Positions 13,610 through 26,100 of a DNA stretch of 64,000 nucleotides are shown here, in pieces. Every line of letters starts with the position of its first letter. Position 1 is the stretch's first letter. The position numbers and the translations under genes were made by a program. The DNA comes from Octopus vulgaris (Eukaryota). The notes under the pieces were generated by a model that saw only the letters and a program-made list of their open reading frames with translations, was not told the DNA's origin and did no database searches. The stretch spans positions 143,220,001-143,284,000 of the forward strand of contig OX597816.1 in NCBI GenBank assembly GCA_951406725.2. The letters run 5' to 3'.

Positions 13610-13748
13610 CCATTTCTAACTCCAGCATAAAGTATGTTATAACTTTGACATTTCAAAATGCAATCTTCCAAAGTAAGCTCTTGAGAATTGTATATATTAT
13701 AAAAGGAAAACTTTTCCTCAAATGTTTCAAAACAACCAAGATAGTCAG
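13610..13748 (-). CDS. WSC-domain protein, coding exon 4 (N-terminal half of WSC domain)
   Basis: Acceptor TTTCTATTTTCATATAG, donor GG|GTAAGT, phase 1 to 2. Encodes (A)DYLGCFETFEEKFSFYNIYNSQELTLEDCILKCQSYNILYAGVRN(G), matching the WSC pattern YLGCF...C-x3-C...YAG. Confidence 0.93.
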
Positions 13749-14546
13749 CTATATGAAAATAGAAATTATGCCAAATATCAATATAGAAGTAATATAGCTA
13801 TAAATCTAGAAGTATACTTCTGTTAAAATCTATGCTTGTATTTTCTAGAAATTTTAATGAAGCACTGCCAATGATCTGTTATAAAAGTACATCACTTCCC
13901 TCTAAGTAAGATGGCACTTTCATATCATCGTTATCATCATCAGCATTGTTTTATAATAGAATGTAAAACTTAGAATGTCTGAGAATCTGTGTACAGATAT
14001 TACCTGTTTTTCAGAAGAGAATAAAAAAAGATCACCATTAAGACACAAGCATGCTTGTGTAGTCAAGAAGCTCGCTTTTCAACCACATGCTTTTAGGTTT
14101 AGTCCCACTACATGGAACTTTGAGAAAGTGACTTCTATTATAGCCCCCAAACCAACCAATATCTCATAAGTGAATTTGGTAGACAGAAACTATGGGAAGC
14201 CCATCATATGTGTGTTTGTCTCCACCACCACTTGACAATCAAAATACTTGTTAGAACTGATATTATAGTTGAGATAAAGAGTTAGTTTATACTAGAGACA
14301 ATGGTGAGGCAACATCACTTAGCTTTCAGTTGCCTGATTGTTCTATCAATAAATCAATAAATATGTAACAGATAGCATTAATATTTGAAAATAATATTTA
14401 ACTGTCAGTCATTCTTCCAGATTTGATCAAAATACATACCAGTAATATTCTGAGATTAGTCCAACCCATGTCAGCATGGAAAACAGACATTAAATAATGA
14501 TGATGATAATGCTGAGGTTAATTCAGTCAACTATACTATTTTAAAA

Positions 14547-14766
14547 CCCTTTTGTTACTGTATTTATTTTGAGATGCTCTGTATTTCTTTCAATTATTTT
14601 AGATATAACAAAGAATTTATCAAAATAACTTAGTTATTATTTAGCTAGTGTTAGGAACATAAATTGTGACTAAGGTTTGGTGGAAGATTTTAATTCAAAA
14701 CTTATGAAAACAAGACATTTGTAATCAAATCCAGAGCCAGTTTCAGCCGGGTTGGTAACGAAAGGG
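14547..14766. mobile_element. piggyBac-like MITE
   Basis: TTAA(AA)CCCTTTTGTTAC ... GTAACGAAAGGG|TTAA: CCC/GGG termini with TTAA flanks. Confidence 0.7.
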
Positions 14767-15129
14767 TTAAAAACTCAGCTTTATGTCCAGTCAAAAAAAA
14801 TCAGATTATATTTCTAATGTTTATTAATGAGAATATCTGAGAACAATGTTATTTCTCGAGAAATTAAATTTTAAAACATTCATAGAAAAAAAATACAGTG
14901 ACTCATAAAAAGCAAAAATTTAAATTGGAGAAAATAGTTTACATCAAACTGAGACTGTCAAAGACTGAAAAAATTTAAGCAAACAGTTCATATGTATAAC
15001 ATTAAAACAAATAATTTCTAATTACAGATTTCAATTTATAATTATTTTATTAATAACTCTGTACTCATTTTTAATTATAAATATTTTCAATGTTATAAAG
15101 AAAAATATTTAGAAAGTCTATACACTTAC

Positions 15130-15252
15130 CATCTGCATAAAGAGACATTCGTTTTGATATACTTTGAAAGTATGCATAACACCGCATGGTTTTATTAATG
15201 AAACCTCGAAGAGTATTGGTACTTTGAGGAGCAGTACATTGTTTCCATTTTT
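15130..15252 (-). CDS. WSC-domain protein, coding exon 3 (two-Cys segment before WSC)
   Basis: Acceptor TTTTCTTCTTAAG, donor G|GTAAGT. 123 nt, phase 1-1, open frame (E)KWKQCTAPQSTNTLRGFINKTMRCYAYFQSISKRMSLYAD. Confidence 0.82.
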
Positions 15253-17156
15253 CTTAAGAAGAAAATTATAATTTTTTTAATATAACATCATCTTTTTTTA
15301 TATAATATTTTTTTACATTGAATAGTTGTTTTCATTTGGATACAAAACATACAGGCATAAGTGATTAAAAAAACATTGGAATTTAGAGAATTCAATATGA
15401 ATGTGTTGAGAAATAAATATCAGCTGATAATAACATCAAAATAATGAACATTGTAATAATTTTATATTTGTTTTTTATAGGCTAACATGAGATGGGAATA
15501 GAATATCAATGCAACTGCTGCTTCTCTCAACATATTTTTCTTCAAAGCTATATCCCTTGAGAAGACTTTTTGTCAGTTCAGTCTTGTCTCAACTTTTCCT
15601 GTTTTAACTAAAATGTGATTACTAGACACACATGTCTTTATTCAGTTCTATGTGTATAGAAGTTATTATCCTCCAACTTCTACACATCCTAACTGTTTTC
15701 TTATCTAGTTTTCACAGCTTTTACTTCTTTCATTCATAATAAAATTTACATTATAGATATTCTCTCATTTCATTTATGGTAATGAGTAGCTAATGATATA
15801 ACTTTATTGGTTCAAACAAAAGAAATTTCATAATCTAATAGTTATGTTCTCTCAGAAGACATTATAATACATTCTAAATATTTCTACTGTTTTTACTCTG
15901 ACAGATTTAATTTAAATTGAGTCAGTTTTCATATTCAGACTTGTCCCTTCCCTTTTTAAAGTTATGTTCAAACTTTAGTTCTTATATCTTTCCACTAACA
16001 ACAAACAAAAATATACATATTTCAGAGATAATATAACAATAATATTTAATAAAATATATATTTCAGAAACAGTACAACAATAATTATTTAATGAAATTTA
16101 AAAAAAAAAAAAATTTTTTTCTTTTTGAACGTTGAATATTTTCAAAAGAAATTACTTGAAATTGAACAGTTTTCTTACACATACAACTAGGAAAATAGTT
16201 TGTCTATTACAAATAAGAGCTTCTAATCTGTTTATCAAACTAGAAATAGGTGATTTTACTACAAATGCTTGAACAAGCATCCAATTAGAATCTATTACAT
16301 CAAATAATAACAACAGTACTACAGAATTTGTCTTTAACTTTAAATGATTTATTTGCTGACAAAAGATGGATGTCAGTAATTTTTAAGACATAATTCAGAA
16401 CACAAAGGATTCACCTTGCAAAAATGTAAACAGCAGCTAGAAAGCTAGCTATTGTGAAAAGGGAAAAGAAATATCTTCAAAACCATCTTGAATCACAGAG
16501 TGAAGTAATTAATCACCATATTTTCAAAGAGAAAAACAGTTTTTGCAGCTGAGTTCCTATTCTAGACATAACAAATTTCTTCTTATATATTCGTGATTTA
16601 TATAAATAGACAAGGGAAAAATAACAAAGAAAAATGAAAAATGTCTTGTATTCCTTTTTTTTACATAGTCTGTAAGTTGACTCCTTTTGTTTTTAATTCC
16701 ACATAGAAATAAGAGTAGGCACCATTCATGAACACTTCTGTTTATCTAAATATAATAATGAAACTTTATAATTTCTAGTAAGTTGAAAAGTCAACCTCAA
16801 CAAGTCTTGAATTTGAAAATATGAAATCCAAAATTGCGTTCCATTTAAAAGTTGCTGCTCCAGTTGTCATTACTGGGATGTTTCAAAATATTAAAAGGCA
16901 TAATTTGCTCTGAAAATATAACTGAACTCAACCAGCCAGAGAATCAAAGTAAATATTGTTAAGTGGAGCAAATGAAATTATTTCTTGCCTGAGAAAAACA
17001 AACATCACCATGAACTTTACACATGAACTTTCTGCATACAATAAGCATCTCTGTAGAATCTATTATCTTAGAATAATTGGCTTACAACTGTCTTTTATCA
17101 TTTTTCTTTTTAAAAGTTGAATGAAGTAAAATATCATTGAAGTAAATATTACTTAC

Positions 17157-17189
17157 CAGAGTTGACTAAAACATACTGAATATACACAG
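17157..17189 (-). CDS. WSC-domain protein, coding exon 2 (33-nt mini-exon, end of putative signal peptide)
   Basis: Strong acceptor TTTTTGTTATTTCTAG and donor G|GTAAGT. Phase 1-1, encodes (A)VYIQYVLVNS. Confidence 0.78.
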
Positions 17190-17384
17190 CTAGAAATAAC
17201 AAAAATAAATGAATAATGAAAAAATTCAAATTTTACTCAAATTAAAAAATATTTTATCTTGTTTTTTAAATTAAACTTAGCATCATTTCTATTTCAAATT
17301 TATTTTCCTTCCTCATCATTATCATTCCTATTCTGAATATATCTTGCTTTTCCAATGTTTATTGATCCATCTTTTATTTTAGTA

Positions 17385-18260
17385 TATGATGATGATGAAT
17401 TTCAATATTTTAAATCCAGGTTTGTCCCCTTTAATGGGGGTGGCCAGATCTACCTCACTCTTACAGCAACCACTCTCACACCATCTTGCCTGGTTTCGGG
17501 CATCCTCCCTCCTCAAGCCAACCCTCCCAATCTCCTCCTCCACCTGTCCCCTCCACGTTTTCTTTGGTCGACCTCGTTTTCAAGGTTCCTTCATTTTAAA
17601 CACAAGCAGTCTCCTCAGAACATGATCCTCATCCCTCCTCAACACATGTCCATACCACCACACTCCATTCACCTTTGCCAGTTGTTTCACTGATTCCTCC
17701 AATCTCAGCATCCCCATCAAGTCCTCAACTTTCCTTTTATCCAATAGTTTCACGCCACACATTGCTCTCGCCGTTGCTTTCTTGGTCCTTCTCAAAATTG
17801 CCATTTTGCTTTCCCTCAGACACCATGACTCACTCCCATACAGCATTGCAGATCTCATGCAACTCCGATAAACCCATCCTTTCATCTTCAAGGAGAACCT
17901 TTTTTCCATATAATAACACTCCACATACCCCTGAACTTCACCCAGCCAAGTCTCACACTTGCTGTCACAGCTTCTTCACATCCATCACTTATATCCACCC
18001 TATCTCTCAAATAACAAAACCCTATCACCATTTCCACCTTGTCACATAGCGTTTCCACTGGTTCCGCCAGCACTCCAGCTTCTTTCTTACATCTTCCACA
18101 AATAAAATCTGTTGCCAGTCTTGAGGTTACCTTCTTCATTTTGTACATCTACCATGAATCCATTTCCCACATTTCATACACAACACGTTTGCCATTACCC
18201 TCCTCCCACACACACCAAATGGGTCTATATATAACCTGCAATCCTGAGTTCTTTATATGT
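17385..18260 (-). mobile_element. RTE-clade LINE, 3' fragment
   Basis: Minus-strand ORFs contain FCYLRD, KGWVYRSCMRSAMLYGSESWCL and WWYGHVLRR, typical of the RTE ORF C-terminus. Confidence 0.85.
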
Positions 18261-18267
18261 AATCATC

Positions 18268-18475
18268 ATTCATCATCATCATCATCATTTAACGTCTGCT
18301 TTCCATGCTGGACGATTTGACTGAGGTCTGGCAAACCAGACTCCAATCTGATCTGGCAGAGTTTCTACAGCTAGATGCCCTTCCTAACGCCAACCACTCC
18401 AAGAGTGTAGCGGGTGCTTTTATGTGCCACCAGCACAAGGGCCAGTCTGGTGGTACTGGCAACAACCACGCTCCT
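18268..18475 (-). mobile_element. SINE remnant with RTE-type tail
   Basis: (CAT)n-TTAACGTCTGCTTTCCATGCTGG...GATGCCCTTCCTAACGCCAACCAC. Confidence 0.7.
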
Positions 18476-18779
18476 ATAGCCTATGATTTGTCCCATATAT
18501 ATAAAGTATCAAATTATTTGAAAATCACACAGTTTGGTTTCTCTATTTGTACAAAGGGCCTTAAGGTTAACTAAGCAAAGACTAAGCAAGAAAACTTGTA
18601 GGACCCTACCCAACTCAGGTAGGTGCCCTGTTCAATTTGTAGGAAAGGTGTAAGCAGGAACTCCATACAGTGTACTCAGTGTAAGCTATGGACACACAAG
18701 AGGTGCAGTGGATTAATAGGAAGGTTATCAGAGAAGATAGTTTCATATGTGGAAGATAAACAGAATCCATAAAAACCTT

Positions 18780-19175
18780 GGATACTTGAGAAATTGATTC
18801 TCTCAATTGCCCTGATGGCTCACTAGAGATAGTAGATAATTTCTGCTACCTAGGGGACTAAATTAGTAGTGGGGGAAGAATGCACAAAGAGTGTGATAGC
18901 TAGAATAAGAATAGAATGGAGGAAATTCAGAGAGTGAAAGAAAGATCGTATGATGCATGTACACAGACAGAAATTCTACATGGTGGTGAGATGCAGGTCC
19001 TGAATGCAGAGGACATGCAAATGTCAGAAAGGAATGAGGCTAGTATGCTCCATTGGATGTGTATTGTAAGTGTACATATTCAACATCTGTTGTCCATGCC
19101 AGCTCTGGTCAAATCATCCAGCCCATACCAGCATGGACAACAGATGTTAAATGATGATGATAATGATGATGATGA
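18780..19175 (+). mobile_element. RTE LINE fragment ending in CCAGCATGGA...(GAT)n tail
   Basis: Translates to SLEIVDNFCYLGD and ERNEASMLHWMC-like RTE motifs, then the tail shared with the SINEs. Confidence 0.7.
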
Positions 19176-19884
19176 TTACTACTACTACTGCTACTATTAT
19201 TATTACATCAAATGTGACCACAAAAACTCATTCTTGACTGAAAAATCTATCTTTTTCAATGATTAAGAAAATTTAGTTAGCTTCATGTAAGACTGTATTC
19301 TCAAGATGGTTTTCTGAAACAAGAAATCATTAATTATTATAATGTATGACTAGAAAATGAGTTTTGTCAAAAACACATGCAAAAAAAAGACTTGTGTGTT
19401 GAAAAATGTACATAGCAGGAGAATAAAATCTGCTAAGAGAAGTAAGTTAACCAATAAACTAAATATGACTATGAAATACATTTTATAAGCACTATACTTA
19501 ATATTGTGAGAAGTTAGGTAATTGAAATATATATTTATGTTTCTGAAAGATGAGTAGAAATAATTAAACATTTTGAAATAAGGAAATAACATTGGCTGGA
19601 ACAGATAGTAAATTGTGCCATTAGAAAATTCCAAGAAGAAATGGCATCAATAAATGAATGCAGTCAGCTACGAAAAAAGATTTCATGATTATTTCACTAA
19701 TTATTAAAGGCTATGAAAAATCAAAATTTAGAATACTTTCATAAAAGTGATATATCAGAAACAGTGCTATCTAGATGTCTCTGGTTTTACCTCCACCACA
19801 ATTTTTTTTTTTTTTTCATTTTACATTTATTTTTCCCTAACTGCATGGTAGGAAGAATTTCAAAAATTTTGGGTTACCTACGTA

Positions 19885-19992
19885 ATGTGTGTGTATGTAT
19901 GTATGTATGTATGTATACATACATACATACATACATACATACATACATACATACATACATACATACATACATACATACATACATACATACAC
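19885..19992. repeat. (TG)/(TATG)n-(TACA)n microsatellite
   Basis: Directly visible. Confidence 0.95.
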
Positions 19993-20003
19993 ATATGCAT
20001 ATA

Positions 20004-20575
20004 TTCTGTAAATAATAATATTTTATAAGCTTAAAGCTTATAACTGATCAATGTATAATGACTAAAAAAAATATTCTAATATTAGGGCATATAAACCCTT
20101 GATGGAAGAAAGTCAGTTTTCAATATGCATGGGACTCAAATCCACACCTCTGTATATTTGCGATAAGTGTGCTACCACTTCGCTGATGTACCCACTTGCT
20201 TCTTCCCAGAGTTTATATGCCCCAATACTAGACTATTTTCTTTAGTCAATACACAGTAATTGCTTATAAGCTTTAAGCTTATAAAATATTATTATTATTC
20301 ACAGAAGTGTCACTTATCACTGCTTCTCAAATCATCACAGAAAACACAAGCTTGTTTGTTTAAAAAAACAACACTATGAAATTATACTTCTTAACTCTAA
20401 CAGGAAGAAGCAAGTGGGTACATTGATGTAATGGTAGCACACTTATCACAAATTTATAGAAGTGTGGGTTCAAGTCCCGTGCATAGCGAAAACCCACTTT
20501 TATCCATCGAGGGCTTATATGCCTCAATATTAGAGTATTCTCTTTAAGCTTATAAAATATCATTATTTACAGAAT
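20004..20575. repeat. Inverted pair of a tRNA-like-headed repeat plus a third partial tail copy
   Basis: 20004-20206 is the approximate reverse complement of 20403-20575. The plus copy has A-box-like TGATGTAATGG and B-box GGTTCAAGTCC. Confidence 0.75.
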
Positions 20576-20594
20576 TATCACTCATCACCAGTTC

Positions 20595-21500
20595 TCATTC
20601 ATCGATGAAAATGCACTGGACCTCACGGAGGCAAAGTGGCTGAGTTCTTTTCAAGTGTTGGGCCTCATGGAGACAATGACCAAGACCTTTGGCATTGTCA
20701 TGCTTGAGAAGAAGACTCATCAAGCCAAGCAAAATCGCAGTCATGGCAGATACCGGTGCCATGCAAATTGGCACTTTACTGGTAGCACATAAAAGCACCC
20801 CCAGTGTCATGCTGGTGGCACATAAAAGTACCCATTACACTCTCAGAGTGGTTGGTGTTAGGAAGGGCATCCAGCCATAGAAAAGTATGTCAAATCAGAC
20901 TGGAGTCTAGTGCAGCCTTCCAGCGTGCCAGCCCAGTCAAACCATCCAACCCATGCCAGCCATGGACAACAGACGTTAAATCATGATGATGATATATATA
21001 GCCAGCCCACTTATGCATACCTTTCCTTCTTGTGACACAAACCCTACTTGTGAAGACCTGTTGAGGCAAGTGAAAATCAAAATCAAAATCTATCAACATC
21101 AATGGAAATTGTAGCTGTGATACCAGTGCCGGTGGCACGTAAGATAACCATCTGAACGTGGCCATTGCCAGCGCCGCCCCGAACTGGCCTCTGTGCCGGT
21201 GGCACGTAAAAAGCACCATCCGATTGTGGCCGTTGTCAGCCTCATCTGGCCCCAGTGACAGTGACATGTAAAAAGCACCATCCAATCGTGGCCATCTGCC
21301 AGCCTCGTCTGGCACTTGTGCAGGCGGCATGTAAAAAGCACCCACTACACTCACAGAGTGGTTGGCATTAGGAAGGGCATCCAGCTATAGAAACACTGCC
21401 AGATCAGACTGGGCCTGGCGCAGCCTTCTGGCTTCCCAGACCCCAGTTGAACCGTCCAACCCATGCTAGCATGGAAAATGGACGTTAAACAATGATGATG
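20595..21500 (+). mobile_element. Two adjacent SINE-type elements with internal GGCACGTAAAAAGCACC repeats and RTE-type tails
   Basis: Tails TCCAACCCATGC(C/T)AGCATGGA...GACGTTAAA...(GAT)n at ~20945-20992 and ~21455-21502. Confidence 0.7.
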
Positions 21501-21505
21501 ATATA

Positions 21506-21990
21506 CAGGAGTTGGACAAAATAATGGAAACACCTTCAAATTTCAAACAACTTTATTTTAATATAGAGTAGGACCACCTTTGGCAGTAATTACAACTTGA
21601 ATTCTATGAGGTATGGACTCGTACAAAGTTTTAATTGTTTCCGAAGGAATTTTTGTCCATTTTTCAGATAAAACAGTCTCCAGTTCTTGTAATGATGATA
21701 GTGGAGAATATCAACTCCTTACTTGTTTTTCTAAAATGCCCCATAAATGTTCTCTGGGGACTGTGGTGACCAGATAAGATGTTCAACTTCACTAGAATGT
21801 TCTTCATGCCATTCAGTAACAACTTTAGCTGTGTGAATTGGTGCATTATCATCCTGAAAGATTGTGTTTCCCTCCAGAAACAGTTCCGCAACCATAGTAT
21901 GAATTTGATCAGATTAAATGCTTAAATAGTCTTGTCTATTAATTATGCCATGAAGGGAAACCAAAATCTCCATCCAAATGGAGAAAATCC
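21506..21990 (-). mobile_element. Tc1-like transposon 3' fragment
   Basis: TA|CAGGAGTTGGACAAAATAATGGAAACACC TIR. Minus strand encodes FQDDNAPIHTAKVVTEWHEEHSSEVEHLIWSPQSP. Confidence 0.85.
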
Positions 21991-22186
21991 AATTTATGTG
22001 GATGTCCTGATCTGAAACTCAGCCTTACAAATAATTAAATGAAATTACAACTATTACAAAGCATTTCATTGTATATTCAGACATGATTATATTACGATCC
22101 ATTATCTGTAGGGGTATAAAACTGAAACTTCTCTAAGTTTGGACATTTACAATAAATTTAATAAGTATCCTTTTAGAGCTCTGTGG

Positions 22187-23168
22187 AAGGGATGGCACAC
22201 ACTGTTTGACCAGGCATAAACCCATTTTTTGGTACATCATTTTCATGACAAAATACCTACCTTCCTTGGAAAATTATACATCATTTGAAAGTTCTGGATA
22301 TGAACTTTGTTCTCATATACTTTTAATCAAAATCTGACAATTAGCTAAGATGTCAGGGTCCCTCAAACACCCTGATATTTCCACCCATTCACAAAGTTTG
22401 ACTACTGAACGGTAGTCTTCAATCTAGTTCAATGTGCTTGATCACTATAACTGAAGTTGTGTTAATAATCCATACACACATGTAAATGAATTTTTAAAAT
22501 TTATTTTGATATAAATCTCAATGGTGGTAGATCACATAATCGTTATGAAATATAAAAGTGAAAATCAGCACTTACTTGACTTCATCTTGCGTATGACTTC
22601 TCGCAGAATGGGAATCCATCACTTTGACAAGTAGCATCAATATGTATTAATCGTATACAAAAAACATCAGTATATAACCCACTTTTTTCATTTTGCACTT
22701 TTTTGCCATACCTTGGCCAGAATCAGCAATGTCCATGATGATTTAGCAAGAAATTTTTCTTTCTTATAGTTAAAGAAATTATGTTATTTTCTAAGTGAAA
22801 ATTAGCAATAAAATTTTCACTTTTATATTTCATAACAATTATCTGACCTACTCTCATCAAGTTTTATATCAAAATAAAGTTAAAACATTCATCTACATGC
22901 ATATCTAATTTTTAACACAATACAAGTTAAGGCACTCGAATGCATTGAACTAGAAAAAGGGCTAGTGTTCAGCAGACAAAAAAGAATACCAGAGTGTTTG
23001 AGGGACCCTGACATAACTTGTAACTGTCAGATTTTAATTAAAACTATATGAGGAGAAAGTTCACATTCAAAGCTTTCAAGTGATATATAATTTTCCATGG
23101 AAAAAAATTTGACATGAAAATGATAAAGCAAAAAATGTGTTTTTTTATGTCAACTGTTTTCATCACTT
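22187..23168. mobile_element. Foldback/MITE with ~360-bp imperfect TIRs
   Basis: TGTCAGGGTCCCTCAAACAC (22351) pairs with GTGTTTGAGGGACCCTGACA (~22994); GTTATGAAATATAAAAGTGAAAAT pairs with ATTTTCACTTTTATATTTCATAAC. Confidence 0.85.
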
Positions 23169-26100
23169 TGGCATTGATAAATACCAGTTAATCGTATAAT
23201 GACCAGTAATTTAACTGGATTTTAATTGCTCAATCAATGCAAATCCCTGCTATATTACACTTAAATTTCAGTTATATTATTCTTAATATAAAACTTTTTA
23301 ATAGAATCTTTCTATATCTAATATTTATAACCTAAACTTGGCATAAAACCCATAATGAATAGATTTTATACCAAGTAATATGAAAAAGAAGCACTAAGAA
23401 TGCTGAAGCTTCATAAAACCAAAAAAAAAAAAAAAAAGAAGAAGCAAAGGATCATAATTGAAGATACATAGAATTATAAAACAGGAAAAAGTGAAAGAAA
23501 TATGAGTGAAAGTGATAAGCATAGAACCAGGTGGAAAGAAAGCTGTTATTGGGAAAGACAAATGTTATACCCCAACAGAAGATAAGTGATATCTCAGATC
23601 AGTAATTGTTTCAGCAAAATCTAACTGGAAACCCTATACATGTTCTGAATCCTAAATTGTCACTACTCAGGCTACATTTAACAGACTTTTCACTCTTATT
23701 TCTGTAATTGTTGAAGTGGAAAGTGTGCCAAATTATGAATGATCAAACTTTCTTCACATATACAGGAATAAGTTACTGGAAGTTAAAAACTATGAATATG
23801 ATAAAGGGAAATGTTCACATAGCTACTACAAATATCAAATAAAGTAAAATTTAAATCATGTATAATTAAAACATTATTATACAACCAAAATATCACTTTC
23901 AAGTAAAAGTAAAGAATAGAAAAGATAAATAAGATTATACTAGGCTTACCAAAGGATACAAGAAGTCAAGAAATTTACTAAATAAGAACAACAAATTTAT
24001 AACCAATTCTACTGATTTTAACTGTCCAATTACAATTACACAGAATAACATAAAAATTGTTGAGTTGGATAGAAACACAATTGTTCTAAAACTGGTCTAT
24101 AATACACACAAACATTTTACAAACAGTAACTTTTCCATAAATAAACTATGCAAATATAAGTTAGTTCCATTTGTTGACTTTGTAACTGCAACAGTTGAAA
24201 TATTTAAAAAATTACTTTTGAGAAAGTTCAGTTAGAATAAAGGATTCTTATATTGGCACAAGATCACAGATTTGCAGGCAAAGAATTTAGTCACTTGAAC
24301 TGGTATGTATTTTATTGACTAATGAGACTAAAGGCGACAGGATTTGAACTCAGAATGAAGAAGAATAGAACTAAATACCTCAAGGCATATAGCTTAGTAT
24401 TCAACTGTTTCTTTCACTTTACTATCTGTAATGTGTACTGTGAATGTAAGCAAATTTTAAAATAACAACATACTATTATCTCAAAATTAAGAAAGCATTT
24501 TTCATGATAAGTTGAGCTTCATAATACTGAACAGGGAAAGTATAATGGCACTGGTCAAATTAGAAGAAATATAACTAAAATACAAAAAATTTACTATTTC
24601 TTACAAATTTTTAACAACTTGAACAATCTATATTTGAGTGGTTCTAACCAAGATATTAGATGTCCAAATTAATGCAATTAGACAATCAAATTGGTAAAAG
24701 ATAAGAGAGATGATTAACTAAAACATACAGACAAACAAGACAGATAAATTAACAGATAGGAAGAATGACAAATAAAAATAAAGAGATTATGCAGTGCTGA
24801 CAACTGGCTTTACTATAAAGAAATTTTTTAAAATTAATTTGAAAAGAGAAATCAAGAATGCTAAATGAATAGATATGAATAATATGATAGAAAAAAAAAA
24901 CTGAGGCTGAAACATTTAGATTTTATAACCAGATATAGATTTTGTGATACTTTGTTTTATTAATAACACAGACTGTGACATATCTGACTTAAACCAGATA
25001 ATTATAATTTATTTTTTGTTAGTCTTAAAATTGTCTTATTAAGAAAGAGAAACCGTTCATAGATAATGCCTAATTCCGCAATTCATATTCTCAAGATCTG
25101 AATCAGTATAAATTCAGTAAATATATAAACTTTATATAACACTTTATATAACACTGGTATCCCTTGATTAGTGCAAGTTTTCATTAGAGCAATCCCTCAA
25201 TGTATAAAAAATTTGATTGGCATAATTTAGAATTTATAAGCTGATCAAAAAGAGGAAAATGTCCACTTTGTTCCATTTGTTAATTGCCACATTTCATAGC
25301 CATTTAATTCTAGAGGCTTCATTCATCAAGCATAGATCTCAACATTTGCTGATGGCTATGAGAAGTCACCAACATGAGCATATGTATTGCAAATTGTCTA
25401 GGTTTGATTTTATATGCATTCATCAGCAGCAACATCATTTAACATGTGCTTTCCATGCTGGCATGAGTTGGACAATTCAACAGAAACCATTGAAATAAAG
25501 GAATATGCTGAGCCCCAAATGTGTGCTTTGGCATAGTTTCTATGCTGGATGTCCTTTCTAACATTAACCATTTTACAGAGTGTACTGAGTGCTGTGTTCA
25601 TGGCACCAGCACTAGTGAGGTTACCAAGTAACTTGCAAGATAAAACCCTTCAACTGAGTAGGGGTATAGTATTGAAACAGGTAAAAGTACAATAGAGAGA
25701 AACAGGAACAGGTCTAACTGAAGAGATACATGGCTACCCCAGCTGAAAAAAAAGAGACGGTAAAGGTATACCTTCAAGGTACAATATTGGACAAAGAACA
25801 ACAGTGCACAAATGAGCTGAGTAAAAAATTGGATGTAAGACAATGTAAGATGTATGAGGAACCAGTTGTAGTATGCTATGCTTTTACAAACATGTGATGT
25901 GTATCAAAGTTGAAAGTTAACTAAAGAACAGCCAAGCAACACAAGTGGAAGAATCATGCAAAAAAGGAAACCTAACAAAGATATGGGAAGAAGTGATGAA
26001 AACTTATTTCCAGAGAGTGAACCTCACAAAGATGAGAAAGGATTATAACAAGTAGTAAAATACTCTGCTAGAGAAGACCCATCTATGCAAGTATAGAAAA

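Noticed and set aside
20415-20490. Functional tRNA gene
   Set aside because: A/B-box-like motifs are present, but I could not build a proper cloverleaf and it is part of a repeated unit.
22576-22619. ATG-containing mini-exon (MDSHSARSHTQDEV) with a consensus donor as an alternative first exon
   Set aside because: It ends in phase 2, is out of frame with exon 2, and lies inside a foldback element.
23950-23977. 28-nt minus-strand segment with a good acceptor and a GTAAGC donor in intron 1
   Set aside because: Its length shifts the frame and leads to a stop at the exon 2/3 junction. No support as a coding exon.
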